Shown: piece by piece, positions 8,897 through 15,978 of the stretch
Layout: each line of letters begins with the position of its first letter
Numbering within the stretch: position 1 is the first letter of the stretch
NCBI GenBank assembly: GCA_039794845.1
Contig: JAUQVK010000021.1
Span: forward strand, 1-17,544
Source of the DNA: Thermostichus sp. DRC_bins_24
Lineage (GTDB): Bacteria; Cyanobacteriota; Cyanobacteriia; Thermostichales; Thermostichaceae
Direction of reading: 5' to 3'
Length of the DNA: 17,544 nt
Made by a program: the position numbers and the translations under genes
Notes under the pieces: model-generated
The model's input: only the letters and a program-made list of their open reading frames with translations
Told to the model about the DNA's origin: nothing
Database searches by the model: none

Positions 8897-9652
8897 ATGG
8901 GCAAAGTGTATTTGGTGGGGGCGGGGCCTGGGGATCCGGGGTTGCTGACGGTGAAGGGAAAGGCCCTGCTCGCCCATGCGGATGTGGTTGTTTACGATGC
9001 CCTGGTGGGATCCCCGATTTTGGAGCTGATCCCGCCGACGGCAGAACGGATTTATGCCGGCAAAAACTGCGGTGCCCACACACTCCCCCAGGAGCAAATC
9101 ACGGCATTGCTGATCGAAAAGGCCCGGGCGGCGGCAGTCGTGGTGCGGCTAAAGGGGGGGGATCCCTTTCTGTTTGGGCGAGGGGGAGAAGAGATGCTGG
9201 CCCTTGTGCAGGCAGGGATTGCTGTGGAGGTGGTGCCGGGGATAACGGCGGGAATGGCGGCCAGTGCCTACGCCGGGATCCCCTTGACCCATCGGGACTT
9301 CAGCTCGTCGGTGGCCTTTGTCACGGGGCACGAAGCTGCGGGGAAATATCGCCCTGAGGTGAACTGGCGCGCCCTAGCGGTGGCAGTGGAAACGCTCGTT
9401 ATCTACATGGGCATCCACAACCTCGGCCATATCGTGGCGGAATTGTTGGCGGGCGGCAAAGCTCCCGATACCCCCGTGGCCCTAATTCGCTGGGGCACCA
9501 CCCCACAGCAAGAGATTCACCTGGCTCGTCTGGATCAGTTGCATCTACAACCGCTGGAGGTGGCCCCCCCGACCGTGGTGGTGGTTGGGGCGGTGGTTCA
9601 TTTGGCCGCTCTCTTGCCCCACCTTAGCCCTTTAGCCCCGCAAGAGCCCTGA
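8897..9652 (+). CDS. cobA: Uroporphyrinogen-III C-methyltransferase
   Basis: VYLVGAGPGDPGLLTVKG, VVYDALV, VRLKGGDPFLFGRGGEE, GIPLTHR and TLVIYMG motifs. Confidence 0.97.
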   Translation: MGKVYLVGAGPGDPGLLTVKGKALLAHADVVVYDALVGSPILELIPPTAERIYAGKNCGAHTLPQEQITALLIEKARAAAVVVRLKGGDPFLFGRGGEEMLALVQAGIAVEVVPGITAGMAASAYAGIPLTHRDFSSSVAFVTGHEAAGKYRPEVNWRALAVAVETLVIYMGIHNLGHIVAELLAGGKAPDTPVALIRWGTTPQQEIHLARLDQLHLQPLEVAPPTVVVVGAVVHLAALLPHLSPLAPQEP

Positions 9653-10440
9653 TGAACGCTTTCTTTCGCAAACTGGCTGCCCTCTTTTCCACCTACTACG
9701 CCTACATGTTGGAGTATCGGGCTGAGTTGATCCTCTGGGTGCTGGCGGGATCCCTGCCCTTGATCATGATGGGGGTGTGGAGTGAGGCAGCCCAATCGGG
9801 AGACTTTTCCCTCTCCTCACTGGAGTTCATCCGCTATTTTCTGGCGGTTTTCATCGTGCGACAGTTCACGATTGTTTGGGTAATTTGGGACTTTGAGCGG
9901 GAAGTGGTGGAGGGCAGACTTTCACCGCTTCTGTTGCAACCGATGGATCCGGTGTGGCATCACGTCACCAGCCACATCGTGGAACGCTTAGCCCGTCTTC
10001 CCTTTACCCTGTTTTTGGTTGGCCTGTTTTTTGTCCTCTACCCGCGTGCCTTTTGGATCCCATCCTGGGAGCAGATTGGGCTGGGATCCCTGGCGGTGCT
10101 GATCGCCTTTACGCTGCGGTTTTTGATGCAGTACACTTTGGCGCTGCTGGCCTTTTGGGTGGAGCGGGTAACCGCAGTGGAGCAATTCCACTTTCTGGTG
10201 TACCTCTTTCTCTCGGGTGTGATCGCACCGCTGGCAGTTTTTCCCTCTGGGTTGCGGGAAATCCTCTCCTGGACCCCGTTTCCTTACCTGATCAACTTTC
10301 CCGCCAGCCTCTGGGTGGGGATCCCTGTGGATATTCCGCGCGGCTTTGCCACAGGTTTGGCCTGGGTTGGGCTGTTTTGGGCGGTCAATCGCTGGTTATG
10401 GCGAAAAGGGTTACGGCAATACGCGGGGATGGGGGCGTGA
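9652..10440 (+). CDS. ABC-2 family transporter permease (DUF990-type)
   Basis: About 6 TM helices, MLEYRAE, EGRLSPLLLQP, PFPYLINFP and C-terminal GLRQYAGMGA. Coupled to cobA through a TGATG overlap. Confidence 0.9.
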   Translation: MNAFFRKLAALFSTYYAYMLEYRAELILWVLAGSLPLIMMGVWSEAAQSGDFSLSSLEFIRYFLAVFIVRQFTIVWVIWDFEREVVEGRLSPLLLQPMDPVWHHVTSHIVERLARLPFTLFLVGLFFVLYPRAFWIPSWEQIGLGSLAVLIAFTLRFLMQYTLALLAFWVERVTAVEQFHFLVYLFLSGVIAPLAVFPSGLREILSWTPFPYLINFPASLWVGIPVDIPRGFATGLAWVGLFWAVNRWLWRKGLRQYAGMGA

Positions 10441-10600
10441 CATCCTCCCGACGCTGACCCTGGAACTCGCCGCGAGCGGCGAGCTCTACAGCGCGGGCTT
10501 CCCAACCTTGCGATTGGGTATTCCTGCCCCACGCCACTTATCTAGGTCACAAACCCCCGACAGACCGACTTGACAGGCGGTTTCCCTTCCCCAGAGTCCC
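10420..10600 (-). ncRNA. Predicted TnpB omegaRNA/reRNA (scaffold overlapping the tnpB 3' end and right end; guide from flanking DNA)
   Basis: TnpB guide RNAs are known to derive from the IS right end. Hairpins are seen on the minus strand at 10445-10497 and about 10502-10520 (CCCAAUCGCAAGGUUGGG). The predicted guide begins GCCCCCAUCCCCGCGUA. The 5' boundary is a guess. Confidence 0.65.
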
Positions 10601-11917
10601 TGGGTACTGACGTTCTCTAGTCCACGACGCAACACCATTTCTGCTGCCGCATGATCCCGATGGGTTCGATACCCACACTCAGGACACCGATGCTCTCTGA
10701 CTGCCAACCCCTTGTTCACCGTGGCAAGACAAGATGGGCAGGTTTGGCTAGTGCCGTTGGGATTGACCTTGGCAAAGTACACCCCACGCTTTCGGCACAC
10801 CCATTGCATCAGAGACAAGAATTGTCCAAAGGCAGCATCTACACAATCTTTGCGCAGCATCCCTCGCGTTAGCCCTTTGGCGTTGATGTCTTCTGCAAAG
10901 ATGGTTTGCGCTTGGTCGCAAAGTTTATGAGCCGTCTTCAGATGGAAATCTTTACGACGGTTGGCCATGCGCTGGTGCATTCTGGCCACTGCGATTTGTG
11001 CTTTCTCCCAGTTTTGAGACCCCTTTTGTTTTCTCGCCGCTCTGCGTTGCAGCAATTGCAGCTTGCGGTGCATCGACTTGAAAAACTTGGGGCGCTCCTG
11101 AAAAGAGCCATCCGAAGTGGTTAAGAATCGCTCCAGCCCAAGGTCAATCCCCATTGCCCGACCATGAACCGAGGCTTCGGGAACCGATACCTCCGATTCA
11201 ATCGTGACGACAACATACCATTGCGTTCCGCGCACCTTGGACAGCACCCGTACTTGCTTGACCTTGAACCCGTCAGGGATGGGGCGATGCAGGTTGATGG
11301 GCACTGCTCCTATCTTTGGCAACTTGATAGCGTTGCCGCTGATGGGGTTGTCCTTGAACTGGGGAAACACAAAGGACTTGAATTGACCGAACTTTTTGAA
11401 ACGTGGGAACCCATGCCCCCGCTTCTGAAAGGCTTCCCAAGTATCGTGCAGTCTACGAATCGTAGTTTGCAACACCTGAGAATGCACCTTACCCAAATCC
11501 GGGAATTGCTTCTTGGCTTTGGGTAGGTTGCTTTGCTGACGGTGATAAGACGGGAACGGCTCATCGGCGGGAATGATGTATGCCTTGTCCAACGAGCATC
11601 GGTCTATCGGACACTTACGCGAAGCCATCCAGTCTTTGAGTTCGCGCAAAGCGTAGTTATACACGCCTCTGCACGTCTCAAGCCACGACCGCAGTTCAGC
11701 CTGCTGTGGAGCATCTGGATAGATTCGATAGGTGTAGTTCAGGGTCAGCACGGCCGTAGTTTACCCAAGCCATGACCACCGGTAAATCTTGTCTCATCCC
11801 CTATGCGCGAAGCGCAGGCTACGCCAACGTGGGGAATCGACAAGCGTGGGGAGTCCATGTATCCCAACGCTGAACGGAGTACCGTTACAGTGCGGGACTT
11901 ACAGCTCTCCGAACCCC
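10437..11917 (-). mobile_element. IS200/IS605-family insertion sequence, tnpB-only (IS1341-like, non-autonomous)
   Basis: Encodes TnpB. On the minus strand the right end reads GAAG-CCCGCGCTG...CAGCGTCGGGAGGATG-TCAC (ending at 10437), and a related left-end hairpin reads AAGT-CCCGCACTGTAACGG..CCGTTCAGCGTTGGGA (11862-11900) preceded by TTGA (11918-11921). There is no room for tnpA. No GGGATCCC was seen inside the element. The left boundary is uncertain by about 3 nt. Confidence 0.85.
10486..11751 (-). CDS. tnpB: RNA-guided endonuclease TnpB (IS605 OrfB family)
   Basis: N-terminal YTYRIYP HTH, GFPRFKK, RuvC-I GIDLG, RuvC-II FAED, zinc finger CPSC...CPEC and RuvC-III RDHAAA. The D-E-D triad is intact. 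GTG start. Confidence 0.97.
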   Translation of the reverse strand: MLTLNYTYRIYPDAPQQAELRSWLETCRGVYNYALRELKDWMASRKCPIDRCSLDKAYIIPADEPFPSYHRQQSNLPKAKKQFPDLGKVHSQVLQTTIRRLHDTWEAFQKRGHGFPRFKKFGQFKSFVFPQFKDNPISGNAIKLPKIGAVPINLHRPIPDGFKVKQVRVLSKVRGTQWYVVVTIESEVSVPEASVHGRAMGIDLGLERFLTTSDGSFQERPKFFKSMHRKLQLLQRRAARKQKGSQNWEKAQIAVARMHQRMANRRKDFHLKTAHKLCDQAQTIFAEDINAKGLTRGMLRKDCVDAAFGQFLSLMQWVCRKRGVYFAKVNPNGTSQTCPSCLATVNKGLAVREHRCPECGYRTHRDHAAAEMVLRRGLENVSTQGLWGRETACQVGLSGVCDLDKWRGAGIPNRKVGKPAL

Positions 11918-12101
11918 TCAATAGCTGAATTTGGAGTATAAGATCTTTGTCAGTACCTCACCTTTGCAGCTACGGTGGGCCCAGCAAGACAGCCTTCGAT
12001 TCAGTCACTATCTTGTGACAGGAGGTTTGGGCTAGATCTTGACACAACTGGCATATAGCACCTTCGCTCCTTTCCCCGACAGCTTCCCCTTTGAGTCAGC
12101 A

Positions 12102-12767
12102 ATGAAGCGTGTACTGGTCGTAGATGATGATCCTCTTTCTCTGAAGGTGCTGAGCCGCCACCTCACCCAGCACGGCTACCGGGTGTGCACGGGCACTTCG
12201 GGTGTAGAAGGATTGCGCCTGTTTGCCCAAGAGCAGCCGGATGTGGTGGTTTCGGATGTGGTGATGCCGGAAATGGATGGCTTTGAGTTTTGTCGGCAAC
12301 TGCGTCAACAGCGCGGCGGCGAACTTGTCCCCTTTATTTTCCTCTCTTCGCGGGGGGAGGTGGATGACCGCGTTCAGGGCTATGAATGGGGAGCGGATGA
12401 CTACATCATCAAACCCTTTGAACCGCTGGAGTTGGTGGCGAAAATCGAAGCGCAAATCGAACGCTCCCGCCGCACCCAATCGGAAATTTTACGCCTGATC
12501 CAACAGCAACCCCAAGCGAAACCAGAGCCAGCCCCACGCCCTACCCCGGCTGAGCTCCCCCTAACTGCTGCCGAAGAGCGGGTGTTTCGGGAGGTGATTC
12601 GTGGCTCCACCAACAAACAAATCGGCGAGAAACTGTTCATCAGCCCGCGCACGGTACAAACCCACCTAACCAACATTCTCAGCAAACTCTCCTTGGAGAA
12701 TCGCTCTCAACTGGTGCGTTTTGCCTACGAACGGGGCTACAGCGCCGAAGAGGAACCGACGGAGTGA
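12102..12767 (+). CDS. Two-component response regulator, NarL/LuxR family (REC + LuxR HTH)
   Basis: VLVVDDD, phosphoacceptor SDVVMP, FLSS, YIIKPF, then LTAAEERV...GSTNKQIGEKLFISPRTVQTHLTNILSKL. ATG 12102 is preferred over TTG 12039. Confidence 0.95.
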   Translation: MKRVLVVDDDPLSLKVLSRHLTQHGYRVCTGTSGVEGLRLFAQEQPDVVVSDVVMPEMDGFEFCRQLRQQRGGELVPFIFLSSRGEVDDRVQGYEWGADDYIIKPFEPLELVAKIEAQIERSRRTQSEILRLIQQQPQAKPEPAPRPTPAELPLTAAEERVFREVIRGSTNKQIGEKLFISPRTVQTHLTNILSKLSLENRSQLVRFAYERGYSAEEEPTE

Positions 12768-12807
12768 GGCGAAAGTGGGCAGAGCAGGGCTCCTCCTTAG
12801 GGCCAAT

Positions 12808-13071
12808 TCAAGCCAGGTGTAATTTCAAAACAGCCCGCGGTGCTTTCCGGACTCGACAGGGGATCCGCTCTCTGCCCAGCCGGGCAAAGGCCTCGTAGCG
12901 GTGGCAGCCCGAGAACCCGTAATACTCTCCCTCCACCTCCAAAACCTCGATAGGTTCTTGCAGACCAATTTCATCGATAGAGGCCATCAGCGCCTGCACT
13001 TTCAAAGGATCCGTTTGGCGGGGCAAGGGTCGGTGAATTTGAGCAAGAGGAATCTCTCGAATCTGGGCCAT
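12808..13071 (-). CDS. srxA: Sulfiredoxin (ParB/Srx fold)
   Basis: 87 aa from MAQIREIPL, containing the sulfiredoxin signature YYGFSGCHRYEA and GLQEPIEV. Confidence 0.92.
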   Translation of the reverse strand: MAQIREIPLAQIHRPLPRQTDPLKVQALMASIDEIGLQEPIEVLEVEGEYYGFSGCHRYEAFARLGRERIPCRVRKAPRAVLKLHLA

Positions 13072-13107
13072 GTTGGGCTTTCTCCTGGTCATAGACAAGC
13101 CCCTTAA

Positions 13108-13128
13108 TCATACTCATTATGAGTTTGA
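13108..13128. promoter_or_regulatory. Inverted repeat upstream of srxA, candidate repressor operator
   Basis: TCATACTCAT-T-ATGAGTTTGA: 10-1-10 dyad with one mismatch, ~37 nt upstream of the srxA ATG. Confidence 0.55.
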
Positions 13129-13248
13129 CTTATCAAGCCTTTACCAATGGGAATGAAATGGGAATGGATTCTCAAGTCAGGGCATGGCAGGATAGCACCA
13201 TTCGCATCTGCACTGTTTTACTCCCTTGATTCAGGAGCCCGTACGGTC

Positions 13249-13830
13249 ATGTGGCAAGCCCTCAAAGCTCTATGGGGAAAGATCGCCGGCCAGGCCCCCC
13301 CTGTGCCCTCCACTTCCACAACCTCGGCACGCAAGCCGGTTCCCCCTAACCTCCAACAACCCCCCCGCGACGATTTATCCAAACGCGCCACCACGCCGAC
13401 TCCGCAGTCTTCTCCCAAACCCACCCCTCCCGCTGCAGGTGGGAAGCGCCCCGTCCCCTCGGAAGAAACCCCGGCGCCTGCGCCAACCGTTGCAGTCCCG
13501 ACACCAGAATCCCGGGAGGAAGCAACGCCTGTATCCGAACCCGCCGCAACTCTCACCCCGAAGGTGGGGGCCACCCACATGGGTGGGGAATCTTCTCCGC
13601 CGGTTGTCGCCTCCCTCTCGCAGGAAAAACCTGCAGACTCGTCCTCGGGAAGGCCTCAAGCAAGACCAATCCCGATCTTTTCAGCTCAACCCACCCCTAC
13701 CGCTGAAAGCATCAACAGCTTTGGGGCCAAAAGCGATATCGGATCCCGTATTTCCAGCATTGCTGCCTCCACCGACAGCGGCCGTGCCGTCAGTTCCATT
13801 TCAGTGGCCAAACTCCGCCAACCGGAATAA
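13249..13830 (+). CDS. Hypothetical Pro/Ser/Thr-rich, probably disordered protein
   Basis: AGGAG at 13233-13237 precedes ATG 13249. Amphipathic MWQALKALWGKIAG is followed by a low-complexity P/T/S/A tract. The ORF fills the gap between srxA and ocp. Confidence 0.65.
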   Translation: MWQALKALWGKIAGQAPPVPSTSTTSARKPVPPNLQQPPRDDLSKRATTPTPQSSPKPTPPAAGGKRPVPSEETPAPAPTVAVPTPESREEATPVSEPAATLTPKVGATHMGGESSPPVVASLSQEKPADSSSGRPQARPIPIFSAQPTPTAESINSFGAKSDIGSRISSIAASTDSGRAVSSISVAKLRQPE

Positions 13831-13868
13831 AGGCCGGGATCTCTTGATATCTTTACAACGCAAACTTA

Positions 13869-13904
13869 CAACACAAAGAGGCGCCCTCCTGTTGGAGAAC
13901 GCCT
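13869..13904 (-). terminator. Intrinsic terminator downstream of ocp
   Basis: Minus-strand RNA AGGCGUUCUCC-AACA-GGAGGGCGCCU forms an 11-bp stem whose two G-U pairs only work on this strand, followed by CUUUGUGUUG. Confidence 0.7.
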
Positions 13905-13946
13905 GCTCCGTTTCCCGCTCCAATTCAGGGAACCATAGTCAAAACC

Positions 13947-14906
13947 TCAGCGAATGAAGTTCAGCAGCTCCTTCGGCGAGGCCAACAGGTCGATGGCCAC
14001 AAAGAAGATCTGGTTGTCCGGGTTCAGCAAAAACCGCCAGGCCACATTCATGCCGACATTGGCACCGAACCAGGGGGTCTGTACTTTTCCAGTCACCTTG
14101 ATTTGGGTATAGCCATCTTCGGCAGGCTCAGATACTCCCCGCTCGGGCAGGAGTTTTAAGTTTTGGCATTCTTCCCGGAAGAAGCGCAAAATCGCCTCGG
14201 TGCCCACAATTGGACGCTGGAAAGGCGGTTGCAGGGCTCCATCCGGCGTGAACAGCTTAATCAGAGCATCGAAATCGTTGGCGTTGAGGTTGTCCATGTA
14301 ATTCAGGACGGTGGGGTTGCTGATCCCTTCGATGGCGACCTTGGTGCGCTCTGACATCGCCTTGGGCGGAACCACCGGCTCGCTGACGCGGTTAAACTGA
14401 CCCAACTTAGCGGGGTCGTAGCCCATATCCACCACAGCATTGCGCAAAATCGTGATCTGCTGGCCGGGATCCGCTGCCTGAATCGCCTGCAGCACAGCCG
14501 AAGCGTTAGCGGAGAGGCGATACCCTTCCGGAATCGGGGCAACGATCCCTTCCTCCATCCATTTCCCCAATTGGTACCAGAATCCCAACTTGACGTTCGG
14601 CGACCAAACCGCATAGGTGCGGCAGATGGGGGTGTCGGCGCGGTTGGCTAAGTCGCACATGGCCTGGGTCTGCTCCCGGAAAGACATTTTCCGGAACTGT
14701 TCGAGGGTGCGCTCCGCCAGTACCATGCTGGCTGCGCCGGGAGCAGCGATGGTGATGGTTTTACCCATCTCCAGGTATGCGAACCAAATCAAGGCCAGCT
14801 GATCCTCGGCACTGAGCTGGTTGAATCGGGCAATGGTTGCAGGGACAACATCCGCAGCAAGGGTCTCCGGAAAGATGGTGCGAGCGGTCTCTACGTTGTA
14901 AGGCAT
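13947..14906 (-). CDS. ocp: Orange carotenoid protein (full length NTD+CTD, OCP1-like)
   Basis: IFPETLAADVVPATIARF, KLGFWYQLG, QQITILRNAVVDMG, NYMDNLNANDF, KVQTPWFG, AWRFLLNP and IDLLASPKELLN. The carotenoid H-bonding Tyr/Trp and the Arg-Glu interdomain pair appear retained. Confidence 0.98.
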   Translation of the reverse strand: MPYNVETARTIFPETLAADVVPATIARFNQLSAEDQLALIWFAYLEMGKTITIAAPGAASMVLAERTLEQFRKMSFREQTQAMCDLANRADTPICRTYAVWSPNVKLGFWYQLGKWMEEGIVAPIPEGYRLSANASAVLQAIQAADPGQQITILRNAVVDMGYDPAKLGQFNRVSEPVVPPKAMSERTKVAIEGISNPTVLNYMDNLNANDFDALIKLFTPDGALQPPFQRPIVGTEAILRFFREECQNLKLLPERGVSEPAEDGYTQIKVTGKVQTPWFGANVGMNVAWRFLLNPDNQIFFVAIDLLASPKELLNFIR

Positions 14907-14975
14907 GATTCAGTCCTATCGGTAAGGGACTTCAAAGTTCAAGCTCCTTTCCTCACCTTACTGTTAGTTACGAGA

Positions 14976-14993
14976 AATGTAAAAAAATGTAAA
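14976..14993 (-). promoter_or_regulatory. HLR1 element (RpaB binding site) upstream of ocp
   Basis: Minus strand TTTACATT-TT-TTTACATT is a perfect match to the HLR1 consensus (G/T)TTACA(T/A)(T/A)-N2-(G/T)TTACA(T/A)(T/A), 70 nt upstream of the ocp ATG. Confidence 0.8.
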
Positions 14994-15025
14994 TTGACTG
15001 AGGGATCCTCGCTCCCTGCAGCTCC

Positions 15026-15346
15026 CTACATACGGGCCAAGGAGGTGATCTTGGCCAGTTTGTCGCGGCTCAGCCCCTCTAGGTCTGCTACATTCAGCCA
15101 ACCCTCCCGCAGCAACTCCGCAAACACAAAGATCAAGCTTGGATAGCTGTAGTCATATTTGCCGTCAAGTTCGTGGCGTCGGGCGCTGAGAAAGTCGTGC
15201 AGTCGCCAGAGATCCTCCAATCGGGTAATAGAACCAGCTTTAGCCCGTACATCCTCAATTAGGGTAGTGGTCTCGCGGGTGTAGGCGTTCTTAAAAGCTG
15301 CTTGGGCAATTTGCTGTTCGGTGACAGACCAATCGTGAGCGTTCAT
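15026..15346 (-). CDS. frp: Fluorescence recovery protein
   Basis: WS..EQQIAQAAF..AY.RE, LWRLHDFLSARRHELDGKYDY, LIFVFAELLREGWL and LEGL..DKLAKI motifs. Adjacent to ocp. ATG 15346, alternative TTG 15352. Confidence 0.96.
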   Translation of the reverse strand: MNAHDWSVTEQQIAQAAFKNAYTRETTTLIEDVRAKAGSITRLEDLWRLHDFLSARRHELDGKYDYSYPSLIFVFAELLREGWLNVADLEGLSRDKLAKITSLARM

Positions 15347-15398
15347 GGGCAATGCAAAGGCATAAGTTTATTAAAAAGCTTCACATAGATTAACATCT

Positions 15399-15734
15399 CT
15401 ACTCCAGGGATCCGCTTTCGGCGCTTTTCCCAGTCGCTCTTTTTTGTAAGGTGAGCAACAAGGCTTGCCATTCCATGGGATCCCGGTACACCAAGAGCAG
15501 ATCTTCCATGAGGCCCTCATCCTCTTCAATGTCCTGTCTTGCCCAGGCTGAGGGAGTTGTACCAAAATCTCGCTGCACGGTTTTGGGATCCCTGCGGGTT
15601 TCCCGATCCAGGGCTTTCACCCGGATGCGCCGCAAAAGATAGATGGCCTCATCCAAAAGCTCCTGCAGGGCCATGCCTTCTTCTTCCGCAATCGCTTGCA
15701 ATTGGTCGAGGGGTGAGAGCGACTGAGTTTCCAT
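15399..15734 (-). CDS. Hypothetical acidic, helical 111-aa protein
   Basis: ATG preceded by GGAG, with an in-frame stop upstream. Protein-like helical composition. No family recognised. Confidence 0.7.
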   Translation of the reverse strand: METQSLSPLDQLQAIAEEEGMALQELLDEAIYLLRRIRVKALDRETRRDPKTVQRDFGTTPSAWARQDIEEDEGLMEDLLLVYRDPMEWQALLLTLQKRATGKSAESGSLE

Positions 15735-15978
15735 CCTGATCTCCCAAGGATTCGTACGCCCGGATCATACCCAGTTCTGAGAAAGCGTTTGGGGTGGGTT
15801 CTTTGCCATGAAGGTTCTCAGTGCTGTCTACTGGACTGGCGGTGCTATCCTTAGCCGGGGCTGCTGAGGTCATCATCCAGGCCGGTAAGATCATCGAATA
15901 AAAGACCATTTGAGACCATTTGCCGGCAGCACCTGGAAAGCCCAGGGGATTGAGATTTTGGTGTTGGAGTTGGATTTT

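Noticed and set aside
11752..11917. tnpA gene or remnant upstream of tnpB
   Set aside because: Only ~165 nt is available, occupied by hairpins, and no HUH/Y1 or serine recombinase motif was seen.
13852..13872. TTTACAAC...CTTACAAC as an HLR1 site
   Set aside because: The period is 13 nt rather than 10, and it lies between convergent gene ends.
15922..15939. GCCGGCAGCACCTGGAAA upstream of rnc resembling part of the spacer
   Set aside because: The match is short and needs gaps, so it is likely chance.
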